Assembly (NCBI GenBank): GCA_013416795.1
Contig: RQSC01000027.1
Span: forward strand, 457,911-521,910
Source: Prasinococcaceae sp. CCMP 1430
Lineage: Eukaryota > Plantae > Prasinodermophyta
DNA length: 64,000 nucleotides
Direction of reading: 5' to 3'
The notes under the pieces were generated by a model. That model was not told the DNA's origin and made no database searches. It saw nothing but the letters and a program-made list of their open reading frames with translations. Each line of letters begins with the position of its first letter. Within the stretch, counting starts at the first letter, position 1. Positions 19,562-30,293 of this stretch are shown here, in pieces. A program made the translations under genes and the position numbers.

Positions 19562-21476
19562 TCAAATTGCATGCGTGTTTCGGGGGGCTGCGCTCGATCC
19601 GGTTGCGGTGCCGTTGGCCCCGTCCGTCGCGGGGGCGGGAGCGGCAGCTGCCGCGGGCACCGCGGTGGGCGCGGCAGCTGCCGTGGAGGACTTGGTGGCA
19701 ACGGCAGCGGCCTTCCTCTTCCTCCTGCGCAGGGGCGCTGCGAAGGCTGCGGTGCCCAACTCGGCGTCGCTCCCACCCTCCTCCTCCTTGGCATCCTTCG
19801 TCGGGGCCTCAGCCTCGGCGTTGGCGTCGAGCGCCGCCACGGCCGCCGGAGCTGGAGCCTTGACCGCCGCGGGCTTATTGTCACGAAAGTCGTACGCGAC
19901 GGCCCCTGCTTTGATGACAAGAGCAATGTTGTTGCCGGCAATGGCATCCAGAATCTTGTCCATGCACGGTTCCGCCGACCGCCAGTGCCCCGTATGTCCC
20001 CCGAGCACGGACGCGTCCAGAAGCAGCATGTCAGCGTGCGCGCCTGGCTCAATTACCCCGGCTTTGCCCTCGAGGCCTAGCAGCTCGGCGCCTATCACCG
20101 TGAGCGACGCCATCACCTGCGTGGCGCTCTGCGCGCGCCTATGCAACTCAATACTGCCCAGCTGGTGGACATGGCTCGCTCCCAGCAGGTCGGATCCATA
20201 CGCGACTAATACCCCGAAGTCAGTCGCGCGACGAAGCGTGTCCACGCCGGCCTCCACCAGATCGCCCACCTTGTCGACGAGCTCGCGCGGCATGCCATCT
20301 TTCTCGCCGTCTCGGAGAATCCGCGCGTAGGTGATGAGCGTGGGCACCAAGAAAGTGCCTTTCTCAAACATCAGGCGAAGGCACTCGTCGGAGGCGTAGT
20401 TGCCTGCGCGCGGAGCGAGCGAGGGCGGACGGTGCGCGAGAGTCAGCGATGCGGGCTTGAACTTGCAGCTGGCAGCGTGGCTGATTGGGATGGCGAGTCT
20501 GCTCAAACGCACATGCCGCATTTCTCCGCGCGCGCATACGCATACACATACGCATACGCAGCAGCGGCAGCTCTGAGCGCCTTTACCGTGTTCGATGCTG
20601 GCGACGCCGGCCTGCACCGCGCGCTTTACACTCGCGGGCGTGTACGCGTGAGCCGCCACGCCAATTCCGGCGAAGGCGGCCTCCTCGACGATTGCATGAA
20701 GCTCGGCGTCAGAGAACTGCAGATTGGTCAGCCGGTCCGTCGGGCTCGAAACGCCGCCGCCGGCCATAAGCTTGAGGTGTGTGGCACCCTTGCGGATCTC
20801 GTCCCGCGCGGCGGCTCGCACTGCCGCCTCGCCGTCGCACACGCGTGCGATGGTCGGATTTGCACAGCAGCTGCACGATGGCAGCTGGTGCTCACCTGGA
20901 AGGCGCAGGTCGCCGTGACCACCCGTGGCTGAGAGGGCCTTGCCACAGAAGTGGATGGTCGGGCCTTTGATGGTGCCCTCCTTCACTGCGCGCGCGAGGC
21001 CAAAGTCTGCGCCGCCATTGTCACGAACGGTGGTGAAACCGCGCCGGAGCATGGACTCGAGAGTCCTGACCGCACGCGCGGCGACGAGGGAATGCGGCAA
21101 CGAAGCCGCACTGCGCAGGTCGGACGAGCTGGCGGTGACGTGCACGTGCGCGTCAATCAGACCGGGCACGAGCAAGCCACCAGCGCAGTCAATTGACCGC
21201 ACCTCGGGGGCCCTGTGACCTGCTCGCGCACGAGCAGCTGCTGTCAGCGCATGCGCGGCTGCTCCCCTCACTCATGGTGGGCAGCGCGTGGCAGGCTGAC
21301 GCACCGACTTGGTCCGCCGCTGGCGCGTGTCTGGACACACGTTGGATGTTGCCACGCAGGTCGCAGTGCAGCACACACTCATCGCCCAGCCACTCGACAT
21401 ATGCCTCACAGTCGACCACTCGATTGTCGCCGCGCCACCGCAGCACGTGCGCGTTCCTCAGCTCGAGCGTTGTCAT
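19562..21476 (-). CDS. Metal-dependent amidohydrolase (Xaa-Pro dipeptidase/ochratoxinase-like subfamily), three exons
   Basis: Motifs PGLIDAHVH, RGFTTVRD, GGHGD, HLKLMAGGG, VAAHAY, SIEHG and YGSD. Introns 21304-21220 (GTGCG...CAG, with a GCTGAC branch point) and 20586-20404 restore the frame (SIEHG|NY). Low-complexity C-terminal tail. Confidence 0.88.
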
Positions 21477-21807
21477 CCCCAGACGCTGCCGGGGCTCGAG
21501 CGCACTGGCGCGCGTGCGAGCCCCAGCCCTCGGCAGCCGCAACCCCCTTCACCCGAGCCCTCTCGCGAGAACGGCTCCGGCCAGCGTTCTAGCAGCGGCT
21601 GCTTCGCTTGGGCCGCCGCTGCCGCAAGGGGCGCGCGCCGTGGCGCGCTCGCCTTGTGGCGTGCCCCCCCCCACCCACCCCACCCACCCACCCACCACTC
21701 CTGGCCACGTCTGACGACGTTCGCCGATATTTTCTCGAGGCGAATATAGACCCTAAAATATACGAACCTAAATCACACCAACCCAAATTCTGTTCTCCCA
21801 AAGTCCG

Positions 21808-24192
21808 GTGGTGGCTGTTGCGCTCGGCGCAGCTGCCACAGCTCGCGCGCGCAATAAAGTGGCGACGCCACTGGCGTCGCCCCCCCCCCCCCTCCCCCCT
21901 TCCCCACGGCGCGCCGGCCGTGGCGGCGCCCCCGTGGCAGGGGTGGGCGGTGATGAGGGCGGGCCGCACAGCGGCGGCATCGGCGGCGGCAGCAACCCCG
22001 CCATCCAAGCGCAAGTCCCGCTCAGCGACCTCCTCCAGGGGGGGCCACTGGCTATATCGCCGGCGCGCCTCGACGCGCTCGCACAAGCCCTGGCGGCCCG
22101 CCAGGCTCAAACAGTTGCGCCCGCGAGCAGGTGGCATGCGAGCGCCACAGTGGGTGCATCCGCGACGGATCGATCCCCTGCGGCGGCAGCCCCAGCTGCG
22201 ACCGGCCCCTTCTTGACCAAAGGCGCGATGCGACTCTTCGAGGTCCACTTCGCGAGGATGGAGAAGGAGGACCTGCCTCCCGCTGACGATGACGAGGCGG
22301 AGGAAGCGGCCAAGGCCGCACCAGTGTCTTCGGCACCGCGCAAGGCTGCGAGCCAGCAGGCGCGCGTCGCCGCTGCTGTGGCGAAGTACGCCCCGGTGGT
22401 GACGCGCGCAGGTGTGAACACTCACGCGGGCACCGGTGCTGGCGCAAGCGGCGCGCCGACCGGGCCTACAAACTTGCACGACGTGCCCGAGCACAAGGCC
22501 ACTCTCACCATGAGCGAGCACAAGATGTTTGGCGATGTGATGAGGTCAGAGGCCGAGGGGGTTTCACTCGAGTGGCGCGGTATTGATGAGCTGCGGCGCA
22601 AGGTGGCGGCCGAGCAGGCGGCGTACTACGAGTGGGAGCGGGCAGTGCTTACAAAGGACCCGGCGTACGCGCGCGCTGCCGACGCGGTGTATACGGCGGC
22701 GGCGCATGCTTGGGTAGCTGCTGCTGATCGCGTCGCGTCTGGACTGCCTCCCACATTCGCCTATTACTCCGAGGTCGAACTTGGAAGCTCGCCAGCCGGC
22801 AGCGAAGGCGCTTCACACGCGGGTGCGCAGGTTTGCCGCGAGTCTCACGTGTCTGGAGCCGGTAGAACGCCTGATCTGAGTGCCATGGACACATTCGAGG
22901 AAGCGAAAGTGCGCAGGAAGAGCCTGCTCACCACTGCGGAGGAAATGGGCGATTTGATCGCCCGTGGCGATGCTGCGCGCGAGGCCTGTCTAGATGCAGT
23001 CGTCGGCGCGAGCGGTGGCGCTGTTGGAGGTACCAGCAAAGGCGCCATGAAAGACGCGGTCATAGGTGTTGCGGAGGCTGGTGATGACCTGACGGATGGG
23101 AAGGGCGACCTCACGAAAGGCCCCGGCCTTCTGGGCTCGGACGGGGACAACGGCGTTGGCAAGCACAAGGGCGACCGCGTTGGCATGGGCGTTGGGCTCG
23201 CCGCCGCCAAAGGGTGCGCGGTGGTCGTTGCGGAACGTGCGCTCGCGGTGCTGCTCACCGAGGACAAAATCGGCCTTCGCGGGGCGTGGGAGTTGCCAAT
23301 CGAGGTGCTGTGCGAGCCCGGTGCTGGCGAGGGCCCGCATGCGGTGCTGTTCGAGCCGCTACACCCGCTGGTGCAAGGTACGCGCGAGGCGGAGGCTCGA
23401 GCGTACGCGGCGGCCGCATGCGCGGAGAGCGCCGTGTGCGCGGCCGGCGGTCCAGCTGCGCCCGAGCGCGACTGTTCTTTCAGTGTCTGGGCCTTGGACA
23501 AGCGGGGTGAAGCCGGCGGTCGCACGATGCCTGCCCGAGCGGCCGCGAAGCGACAGCGGGCGAGCCAGACTCGCACCCTCCTACTCGTGGCCTCACCTTC
23601 GACGGGGCTGGTCGCGCGCGACGGCAGCATACAGTCGCATGTGAGCGTCTTCGCGCACGCGCAGCACGTGCCTCCGGGGAAAGGCGCCGAGGAGACGAGC
23701 CCGTCCGAGTCAGTGCATATGTGGGTCGCACGCAACAGCTGGAAGGGAGGGAAGGCGGCCATGGTAAACGTGGATGCTAGGAACGGCAAGGTCCTTCGTT
23801 GGAACGTCCAAAGTGAGGACGAACGTGCGGCATGCGAGGCACGCACCCTGCAGGCAGTTGTGAGCGCAGTGCTGGGATTGCCGCGCGGGCGCTTCGTCCT
23901 CTCCAAGGCGGCGGACTCCGACAGGGTGTACATGCTCGCGGCAGCGGGGCGGCACCATCACAGCAAGTCCGGCAAGGCTCCGTACGAACTTCGGCGCGTG
24001 CACGCCGAGTGCGCAGCGGCTGTGGCCAAGCGCCCGAACGCCGTTGCACCCGCAGAATATGTGCCGCTCGCATGGGTGCGCAAGCACAAGGGGCAAATCC
24101 CGCGGACGTTCGGCATGCTGCTGGACAAGGTCAATCCGTATCGGGCATATACACCAAGCACTCTGAAGGAAAAGAAAAAGAGAAAGATGTGA
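21808..24192 (+). CDS. NARG2/ICE2 (little elongation complex subunit 2) C-terminal-domain-like protein; start uncertain
   Basis: The C-terminal block CSFSVWAL...LLLV...VSVFAHAQH...EETSPSESVHMW...VNVDARNGKVL...FVLSK...YELRRVHA...IPRTFG resembles my recollection of NARG2_C. The first in-frame ATG is at 22228, but the upstream sequence also looks coding. Confidence 0.5.
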   Translation: MVAVALGAAATARARNKVATPLASPPPPLPPSPRRAGRGGAPVAGVGGDEGGPHSGGIGGGSNPAIQAQVPLSDLLQGGPLAISPARLDALAQALAARQAQTVAPASRWHASATVGASATDRSPAAAAPAATGPFLTKGAMRLFEVHFARMEKEDLPPADDDEAEEAAKAAPVSSAPRKAASQQARVAAAVAKYAPVVTRAGVNTHAGTGAGASGAPTGPTNLHDVPEHKATLTMSEHKMFGDVMRSEAEGVSLEWRGIDELRRKVAAEQAAYYEWERAVLTKDPAYARAADAVYTAAAHAWVAAADRVASGLPPTFAYYSEVELGSSPAGSEGASHAGAQVCRESHVSGAGRTPDLSAMDTFEEAKVRRKSLLTTAEEMGDLIARGDAAREACLDAVVGASGGAVGGTSKGAMKDAVIGVAEAGDDLTDGKGDLTKGPGLLGSDGDNGVGKHKGDRVGMGVGLAAAKGCAVVVAERALAVLLTEDKIGLRGAWELPIEVLCEPGAGEGPHAVLFEPLHPLVQGTREAEARAYAAAACAESAVCAAGGPAAPERDCSFSVWALDKRGEAGGRTMPARAAAKRQRASQTRTLLLVASPSTGLVARDGSIQSHVSVFAHAQHVPPGKGAEETSPSESVHMWVARNSWKGGKAAMVNVDARNGKVLRWNVQSEDERAACEARTLQAVVSAVLGLPRGRFVLSKAADSDRVYMLAAAGRHHHSKSGKAPYELRRVHAECAAAVAKRPNAVAPAEYVPLAWVRKHKGQIPRTFGMLLDKVNPYRAYTPSTLKEKKKRKM

Positions 24193-24642
24193 AGCTGGAG
24201 TATTTCATTGCAGTTCTCGTTCGAGGGCGGGCCCACGCGCTGTCGCCGCAGCGAGGCGCCCATCTACCCCTGCGCAGTCTGGGGCGGATCCGCCATGACG
24301 CACACTGCAACCAATGTGTGAATATAAACATTGTTATTTACAGTACGTACCAGGTTGCCCGCGAAAGGATACCCATTGCGCTGCCTGTCGCGCACCAAAG
24401 CGGCCGCATTGGCCGGCCTCGCAAGGGAGCCGCCCCGTTGCCGTGCATCTCGCGGAGGGCGTCGCGACCCTTGAAGCGCGGGGACACGCCAAGAGCACCG
24501 CCTGACGGCTTAGTCGCTTCCCTGAGCGCAAGCAGCAGTGCGCGCTGACTGCGCGTGCGCGCGGCGAGATACACACCACCGCGGCAGGATCATGCAGGAG
24601 CCGCCTTCGATTGATATCGCGAGATAATTAGAGGGCGCGGTG

Positions 24643-27286
24643 CTACTTCTTCTTGCCGCGCGTCTTGACGCTCATGGCGATGGGCGTTCCGGCGGTGAGG
24701 TTGTAGTACGCCGCGCTCAGGTGGTCGCGCAGGAAGCCCAGCGCCTCAACCTTGAGCTGCAGCTTGTTGGCGGCAACCCCCAGGCTGCCGTCGGCCAGGA
24801 GCTTCTCTTTGACGTCCTTGATGGTGGCGCGGGCATCGGGGAGCGCGACACTGTACGAGGCGCCACCCTCGCCCGACACCGTCAGCGTGAGCGGCCCAGA
24901 ATTCGCGGCGAGGAAGTCGGTCTCGCTCTGCAGCGTCGGGGCTGCGCCCACGCTTGGACCATCCGTCCGCTGGCGTTTAGCAGGCGGCGCGCCTGGCGCG
25001 CCTGGCGGTGGCGGCATGCCAGGCGGACGCATCGGCATTCCGCCCCTGCCAGGAGGGGGGGGCATGCCCATGGGTGGCATCATGCCAGGCGGAGGCGGCA
25101 TGCCAACGGGTGGCGCCGAGTTCAGCATTGGCTGCTGCGACAGCATGCGAGCAGTGGCTTGGGCGGCCGCCTGCACGGCACTCAGCTGGGCGGGTGGCGG
25201 GCCGGTGGGTGGCTTTGCCGCCGGCGGTAGAGCTCCTGTGGGTGGCTTGACGGTTGGCGGCGGGGGCAGTACCGTGGGCGGCGCCGTCGGTGCTGCGGGC
25301 GGTGGCGGCGGCAACCCCGCAGCGGCAGCCACGGGCGCCGCCTGCTGCTGCGGCGGCGCTAGGGGTGCAGGTGCCGGGGGCGCCGCCGCCACTCCCACGA
25401 CCGGCAGCGCGCTGGGCGCTGGTCGCATCGGCGGGGCAACTGGCGCGGCCCCGGGCTGCGCGGGCGCGCCCCCCGATACTCCGTCCCATGGCTGCGCCGC
25501 GGTCGTGTGCTGCGCCTGCTTGCGGACCATCTCCTCGCGCACAATGGCGCCCATCTCCTCCGCTGTGGAAGCGAAGATGTCCGGGCGGCTCGATGCCAAA
25601 CCCATGAGGTTCCGTGCCACCTCGTCATCGCTTGCCTTCGTCGAGCCCTTCATCTTCGCCAGCATCCTCTCCTTCTGCTCCTTCCACTGCGGGTCGATGA
25701 GCGAAATGCGCATGTGCTCCGCCATCTCGCTGATCCGAATGCGCTCGCCCGTGATGGGCGAGATGACGTACTCCAGGCTCTCGGCGGCCGCCGCACGCTC
25801 CTCCGGCCGGCGGTAGTTGTGAACAATCTTCATCTCAGGCTCCGGGGGGGCCTCCGCAGCGACTGCGGCGGCCTCAGCGCCAGCCTCGGCCGCCTCAGCC
25901 GCCACGCCCTCGGCGATCATAGCGGCCTCGTCCGCATCGATCGCATGCGGTTCCGCCTGCGTTGCCGGGGTCTGTGTGTCCTCCGCGGCCCGTGGTGGCG
26001 GCGGCAACGCACCCACCGGCTGCCCGCCGGACGGCGGCGGAAGCGCCGCCGCGCCTGAGCCACCAACCCCTGGCGCATCAGGGTTTTGCTGCCGCGCCGC
26101 GCGGACGAGCTCGTCCGGTGCGAGCGGCGCAGGGAGCTCATCATCTTCTTCGTCCTCGAAGTCGATGGTCTCCACCACCACGAAGTCGTGCCAGTCAATC
26201 ATCGCCATCGCCTGGCGCTCCTCCTCCGCAAGGTCGTCCGCCTTCTTCTTTCGCTCGGCGGTGACCTTGTCGTACTTCATACGCTGCAGGCACCGCTCGA
26301 GGATCTGCGCCCGGTCGGTATACTTGTCGCTCTTGAGCGCCTCGACGGCCCCCTTGGGTGGCCTAAGCACGCGCCCGTAGGCGTCGCACAGCGAGGTGAA
26401 GAAGGTGAACAACGAGTGATTCGGCTTGAGGAAGTTGAATTGCGGGTTCGCGTGCTCGCGCGCGGCGAGCCCCGTAAGGAAACTCTTGCCATTTCGCGCC
26501 ACGAATTGAGCAGCGAGCTTGATGACATCCAAGTCGAGCGAGCTCAGACCCTCTGGAACGTTCACAGTGTACAGCTCTCTCTCCGGGGGGGGGATCCCGA
26601 GCTCCTCAGACACTGTCTTTGGGGGCGGGGCGGGCTTGGGCTTTGCCTCGGGCACGGGCGCCAGGCCCTCCCCCACGCGGATGGCGTTGACGCGCTTGCG
26701 GTAGAAGGCGTGGTACGGGTTTTGTGGGACGAGGAAGCCGAACTTGGGGTTGTTCGCTTCCTTCTCAAGGATCCTCGCCTCGAACTCCGGGCCATTGCGC
26801 GCCACGAACTGCGCTGTCTTCTCCACGATGGCTGTTGGTGTGGTACGAGCACAGATGAGCGGCAAGCACCGCCAGGTCAGCGACGAGAACGGCAGCGAGG
26901 CACCAAGGCGCGCACCCCCGCCCGCGCGAACGCGCGCACGCAATCCCAGCGATGAAATGCGCGAGCGAGAGCGCGCTCGCACTACACACGTATGCGCGCG
27001 TGCGCGCGCGCGCGCGAGAGAGAGCACGAGCACAATGCCTGTGGAGCCGTGCACACACGCGCCGAGTCTGCTAGGGTTGAAGTCCTGCGTGCAGGGTTCA
27101 GTTGACACGCGCCTGTGCGCCCGTGGGGGCGCGGTGCGCACCTTTGATGTCCGGGGGCGGGGCAATGACGCCGACCGCAGCTTCTTCGGGCACTACGCCG
27201 TCATCGCCCGCGACATCCGCGCTCACTGCCGGGGCAGCCGCCGCGGCCTTCGGGGCGCCCGAGCCCGGTGCGACGACCAGCGCCAT
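24643..27286 (-). CDS. SF3A1: Splicing factor 3A subunit 1 (Prp21/SAP114), two exons
   Basis: Exon 27286-27142, intron 27141-26832, exon 26831-24643, giving PPPDIK|AIVEKTAQFVARNGPEFE. Two SURP domains, the PRP21-like IDWHDFVVVETIDF segment, a Pro-rich region and a C-terminal ubiquitin-like domain. Confidence 0.96.
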
Positions 27287-27794
27287 CGCCGGTAGGCCGC
27301 GCCGTGCCGCACCCGCGCCTGCGCCCGCACCCGCGCCGTCAAGTCAGGGGGGGGGGGGGGGCAAAGGCGTCTCTAGGAGCAAACCTCGGATGCCCCCCCC
27401 GGGGGCGCCCTCGGGCTGCCTGCGTGGCGCCTGCGCCGCCTGTGCGCGCTGTGGCGCCACGCCCGGGTCGCCCCGCGCGCGCTGCATAGCGTGCATGCAG
27501 TTTGACAGCGACTTAACCCTAACCCAACCACAAAACCTTCAGCAGAGTACGTGAGGTTCTGATCCTAACCGGTAGGAAGGCCGGCGCCACAGCCACGGCG
27601 GCTGGGCGAGGGGCGGGCCAGGGGGTGGTGTGTGTGTGTGCGTGTGTGGAGGGGCGAAGGGCGTGCGACTGGCTGCGGCGCGGCGGTGCCTGTCGCGAGC
27701 GAGTGCAGCAGTCCACGGCAGCGCCACACCCACATTACGGCCCCGACCAGCAGGGGGCGCGCGCTGGCAAGCCGCTCGCATAACTCTCCCTGTG

Positions 27795-28800
27795 CTACTC
27801 CTTAGGGGGGGGCTTGTACCTGAGGATGGCGTCTGAGAGCTCCTCACGGGTGGGTTTCTGCGGAAAGGTCTTGATAACACGGTACTCCTCGGTCCGTTTC
27901 GTGACGTTGAAGCGTTTGTACACCTGCCAGTCGTGGTCGTGCGCGCGGCGCAGCGCGCCGTAGATGGGATGGAACAAGGGCTTGTTGTACACCAGACGGA
28001 AGTGGTATATCTCCTCGAAGCTCGCCGCATACTCGCGACGCTCTGCGCGGCCGCGAACGCCCATCAGTCCTTCAGCGCTCGGGATATCAGCCAGCTTGTC
28101 GTTGAGTAGGAAAACTTGCGTGCCCTGCGCCTCAGCGCGCTCCACGAGCGCCTCGAGCGCCGGCATTATCGCGGCGCCCTTGATGTTCTGCGGCGCGATG
28201 ACGATCACCACGTGGTCGTCCGGCAGCAGCTCGTCGGCGTCGAGAGCGCCGATCCGCACGCGTGGCACATCACCCGCAACGAGCTCGACACCGTCCACCT
28301 CATCCCATTCCATCATGTCTAGCAGCCGCCGCACACCGCTCAGCTGCAGCGGCAGGCCCTGAAAAACGCCTCGCCCCATCGACCCTTGAACAACGACGCG
28401 CACGTTGCGCCCCTGTGCCGTCGCTACCTCGGTCGCCATGCAGCGCACCAGCTCCAGAAGCGTGCCCACGCGGTACCTGCAGAGCGCGGCGTAGCGGATA
28501 GCGTCAGCCGCAGCGGCGGAGCGTTTGCGCGGCAGCGCAGCACCTCACACGTCCAGGCCTCGGTGACGCCCTGCGCACAGCGAGCGGCGCGCGGCGCCCA
28601 CGGAGAACGTACACGTCGGTCTCGGTGTTGAGCTCCGTCCACTCGCACCAAAGCCGCCCACGCGGCACACCGTCGGCGACCGCCGCCGCGAAGGACGCCA
28701 CGACGTCCGCGTAGAAGAGCTGCCGCGTGGAACGCGAGTGGGGCGTGGTGTTCAACCGCACCGGCACCTCGAAGGCCTCGGGCGCCGCTACCGCCAGAGC
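27795..28800 (-). CDS. LPA3: LPA3-like plastid protein (DUF1995); ATG not located
   Basis: ELNTETDV|YRVGTLLELVR...VRVVVQGSMGRGVFQGLPLQLSGVRRLLDMMEW, LLNDKLADIPSAEGLMGVRGR and YHFRLVYNKPLFHPIYGALR. Intron 28612-28477. The upstream frame is Arg/Ala-rich like a transit peptide. Confidence 0.85.
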
Positions 28801-29434
28801 TGCCGCACGCCGCGCGCGACAGCGGCGGCGCGCCAGCGCGCGCGCGGGCAGGGCGCCTCCCCTGCGCGCGCGCGCCGCGGCACGCCCGCCGCGAAACCGC
28901 CGGCGACGGCCTCGGCCCTCTTCGGGTTACAACTTTTAAGGGTTTTGTCAGGGTTTCACGCGCACGCGCGCGCGCCCCCCCTCCCCCCGCTCCGCGGGAG
29001 CGTGAACGGCCGCAGCAACCCAGTCTTTCCCCCGCCATCCGGCGGCCATCAAATCGGCGATACGACGCCTGTCCCTCCAAAATCCGGTTGTTTCGCTTGG
29101 GTCCCCGCCCGCGCGGGCGCGGGCGCCGGGCGACCCCGCCCGGCCGGCCGGTCACCCGCCCCGTAATAGGATTTTCCATGCGCTCCTCCTCCGCCCCCTG
29201 ATGAATGATGACGAGCGCACGCACAGCGCAACGCCCGTCAAAACGCACGGGGCGAAACGCATGGGGGGAATCGACTTTCGATCGTTATGTACCATCAGTA
29301 CTTTTTCGCCTAAACCCAAAGTCGGATGGATCGAGCGGCCACACGTGGATTTGACGTACCGGTGGAAGGAAGCGCGGAGTGTTCAGGGGCGCGGTTGTGC
29401 GGGTGGGTGGGTGGCTCGACCTTCCTAGCCTCAC

Positions 29435-29902
29435 ATGGACACGCATGTCCAGCGTGAAGGCACGGGGGCGCGCGCGGTCGCGGCAGCAGGCGCGGCGCCC
29501 GCAGGCGGCGAGGCGGTGCGAGTGGCCGTGTCGAAGCCGCGCCACGCCGTGCTTCATGATTTCTGCATGACCATCCCGTACGGGGCCGTGCTCGCGATCG
29601 GCGGTGCGCTCTTTGCGGTCGGCGCGCTTGCAAAGATCGGTGCACTTTCTGCTGGTGCGGTCGTCGCCGCCAACGGCGCGCTCTCGCTCAAGACTTGGAA
29701 GCGGGGGGGGAACTGCACAATCAACACGGCCGCGACAGCCCTGATCAGTGGTGCCGCGGCGTGGTGGTTCTGTGCCGCGCAGCGCGCCGCTGGCATGGCC
29801 CCGGCAGCCGCGTGGGCGATGGCAGCAGTCAGCGCCGCGATGGGCGCGTTTGCCGTGTACCACATTGCGGCGGGTGGCAACCCGCCTCCTAAGAAGCGGT
29901 GA
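29435..29902 (+). CDS. TMEM14/FAX-family (fatty acid export-like) small membrane protein
   Basis: HDFCMTIPYGAVLAIGGALF, several Ala/Gly-rich hydrophobic helices, and a C-terminal YHIAAGGNPPPKKR typical of plastid FAX proteins. Confidence 0.8.
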   Translation: MDTHVQREGTGARAVAAAGAAPAGGEAVRVAVSKPRHAVLHDFCMTIPYGAVLAIGGALFAVGALAKIGALSAGAVVAANGALSLKTWKRGGNCTINTAATALISGAAAWWFCAAQRAAGMAPAAAWAMAAVSAAMGAFAVYHIAAGGNPPPKKR

Positions 29903-30293
29903 TCGCACCCGCATAGCGCTCGAGGAAGGGCGAGGGCGGCGAGGCGATACAGATTCCGCTCCTCTCCAGCCCGGGCGCGCTGCGGGCGCATGGTGCCCAC
30001 GCAGAAGGGCCAGTCCTGGTGCGTCACCACGCCTTTTTTGTACACAAGCACAGGTACCAGTACAGTAACTCGCTCGGCTACGATGCAGCTCTATTTTCTT
30101 TTCATGCCGGCGGTTGCGCGCCACCCAAGCGCTCCGAGCTGCGCCAAAAAGGCCACGTGGGCGTCCCGCTCTCGTTGTGTTGCTCGACGCGCGTGTGTGC
30201 CAACCAAAATTACATTGAGCGCACCATGTGGCGGCCGGCAAATACGTCAGAGCTGGAGCGCGCGGACGCAGGCGTACCACATTGGTCAGGGCA

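Noticed and set aside
27513-27530. Interstitial telomere or chromosome fusion site
   Set aside because: Only one or two degenerate units (TAACCCTAACCC) are present, which fits a promoter motif or chance better.
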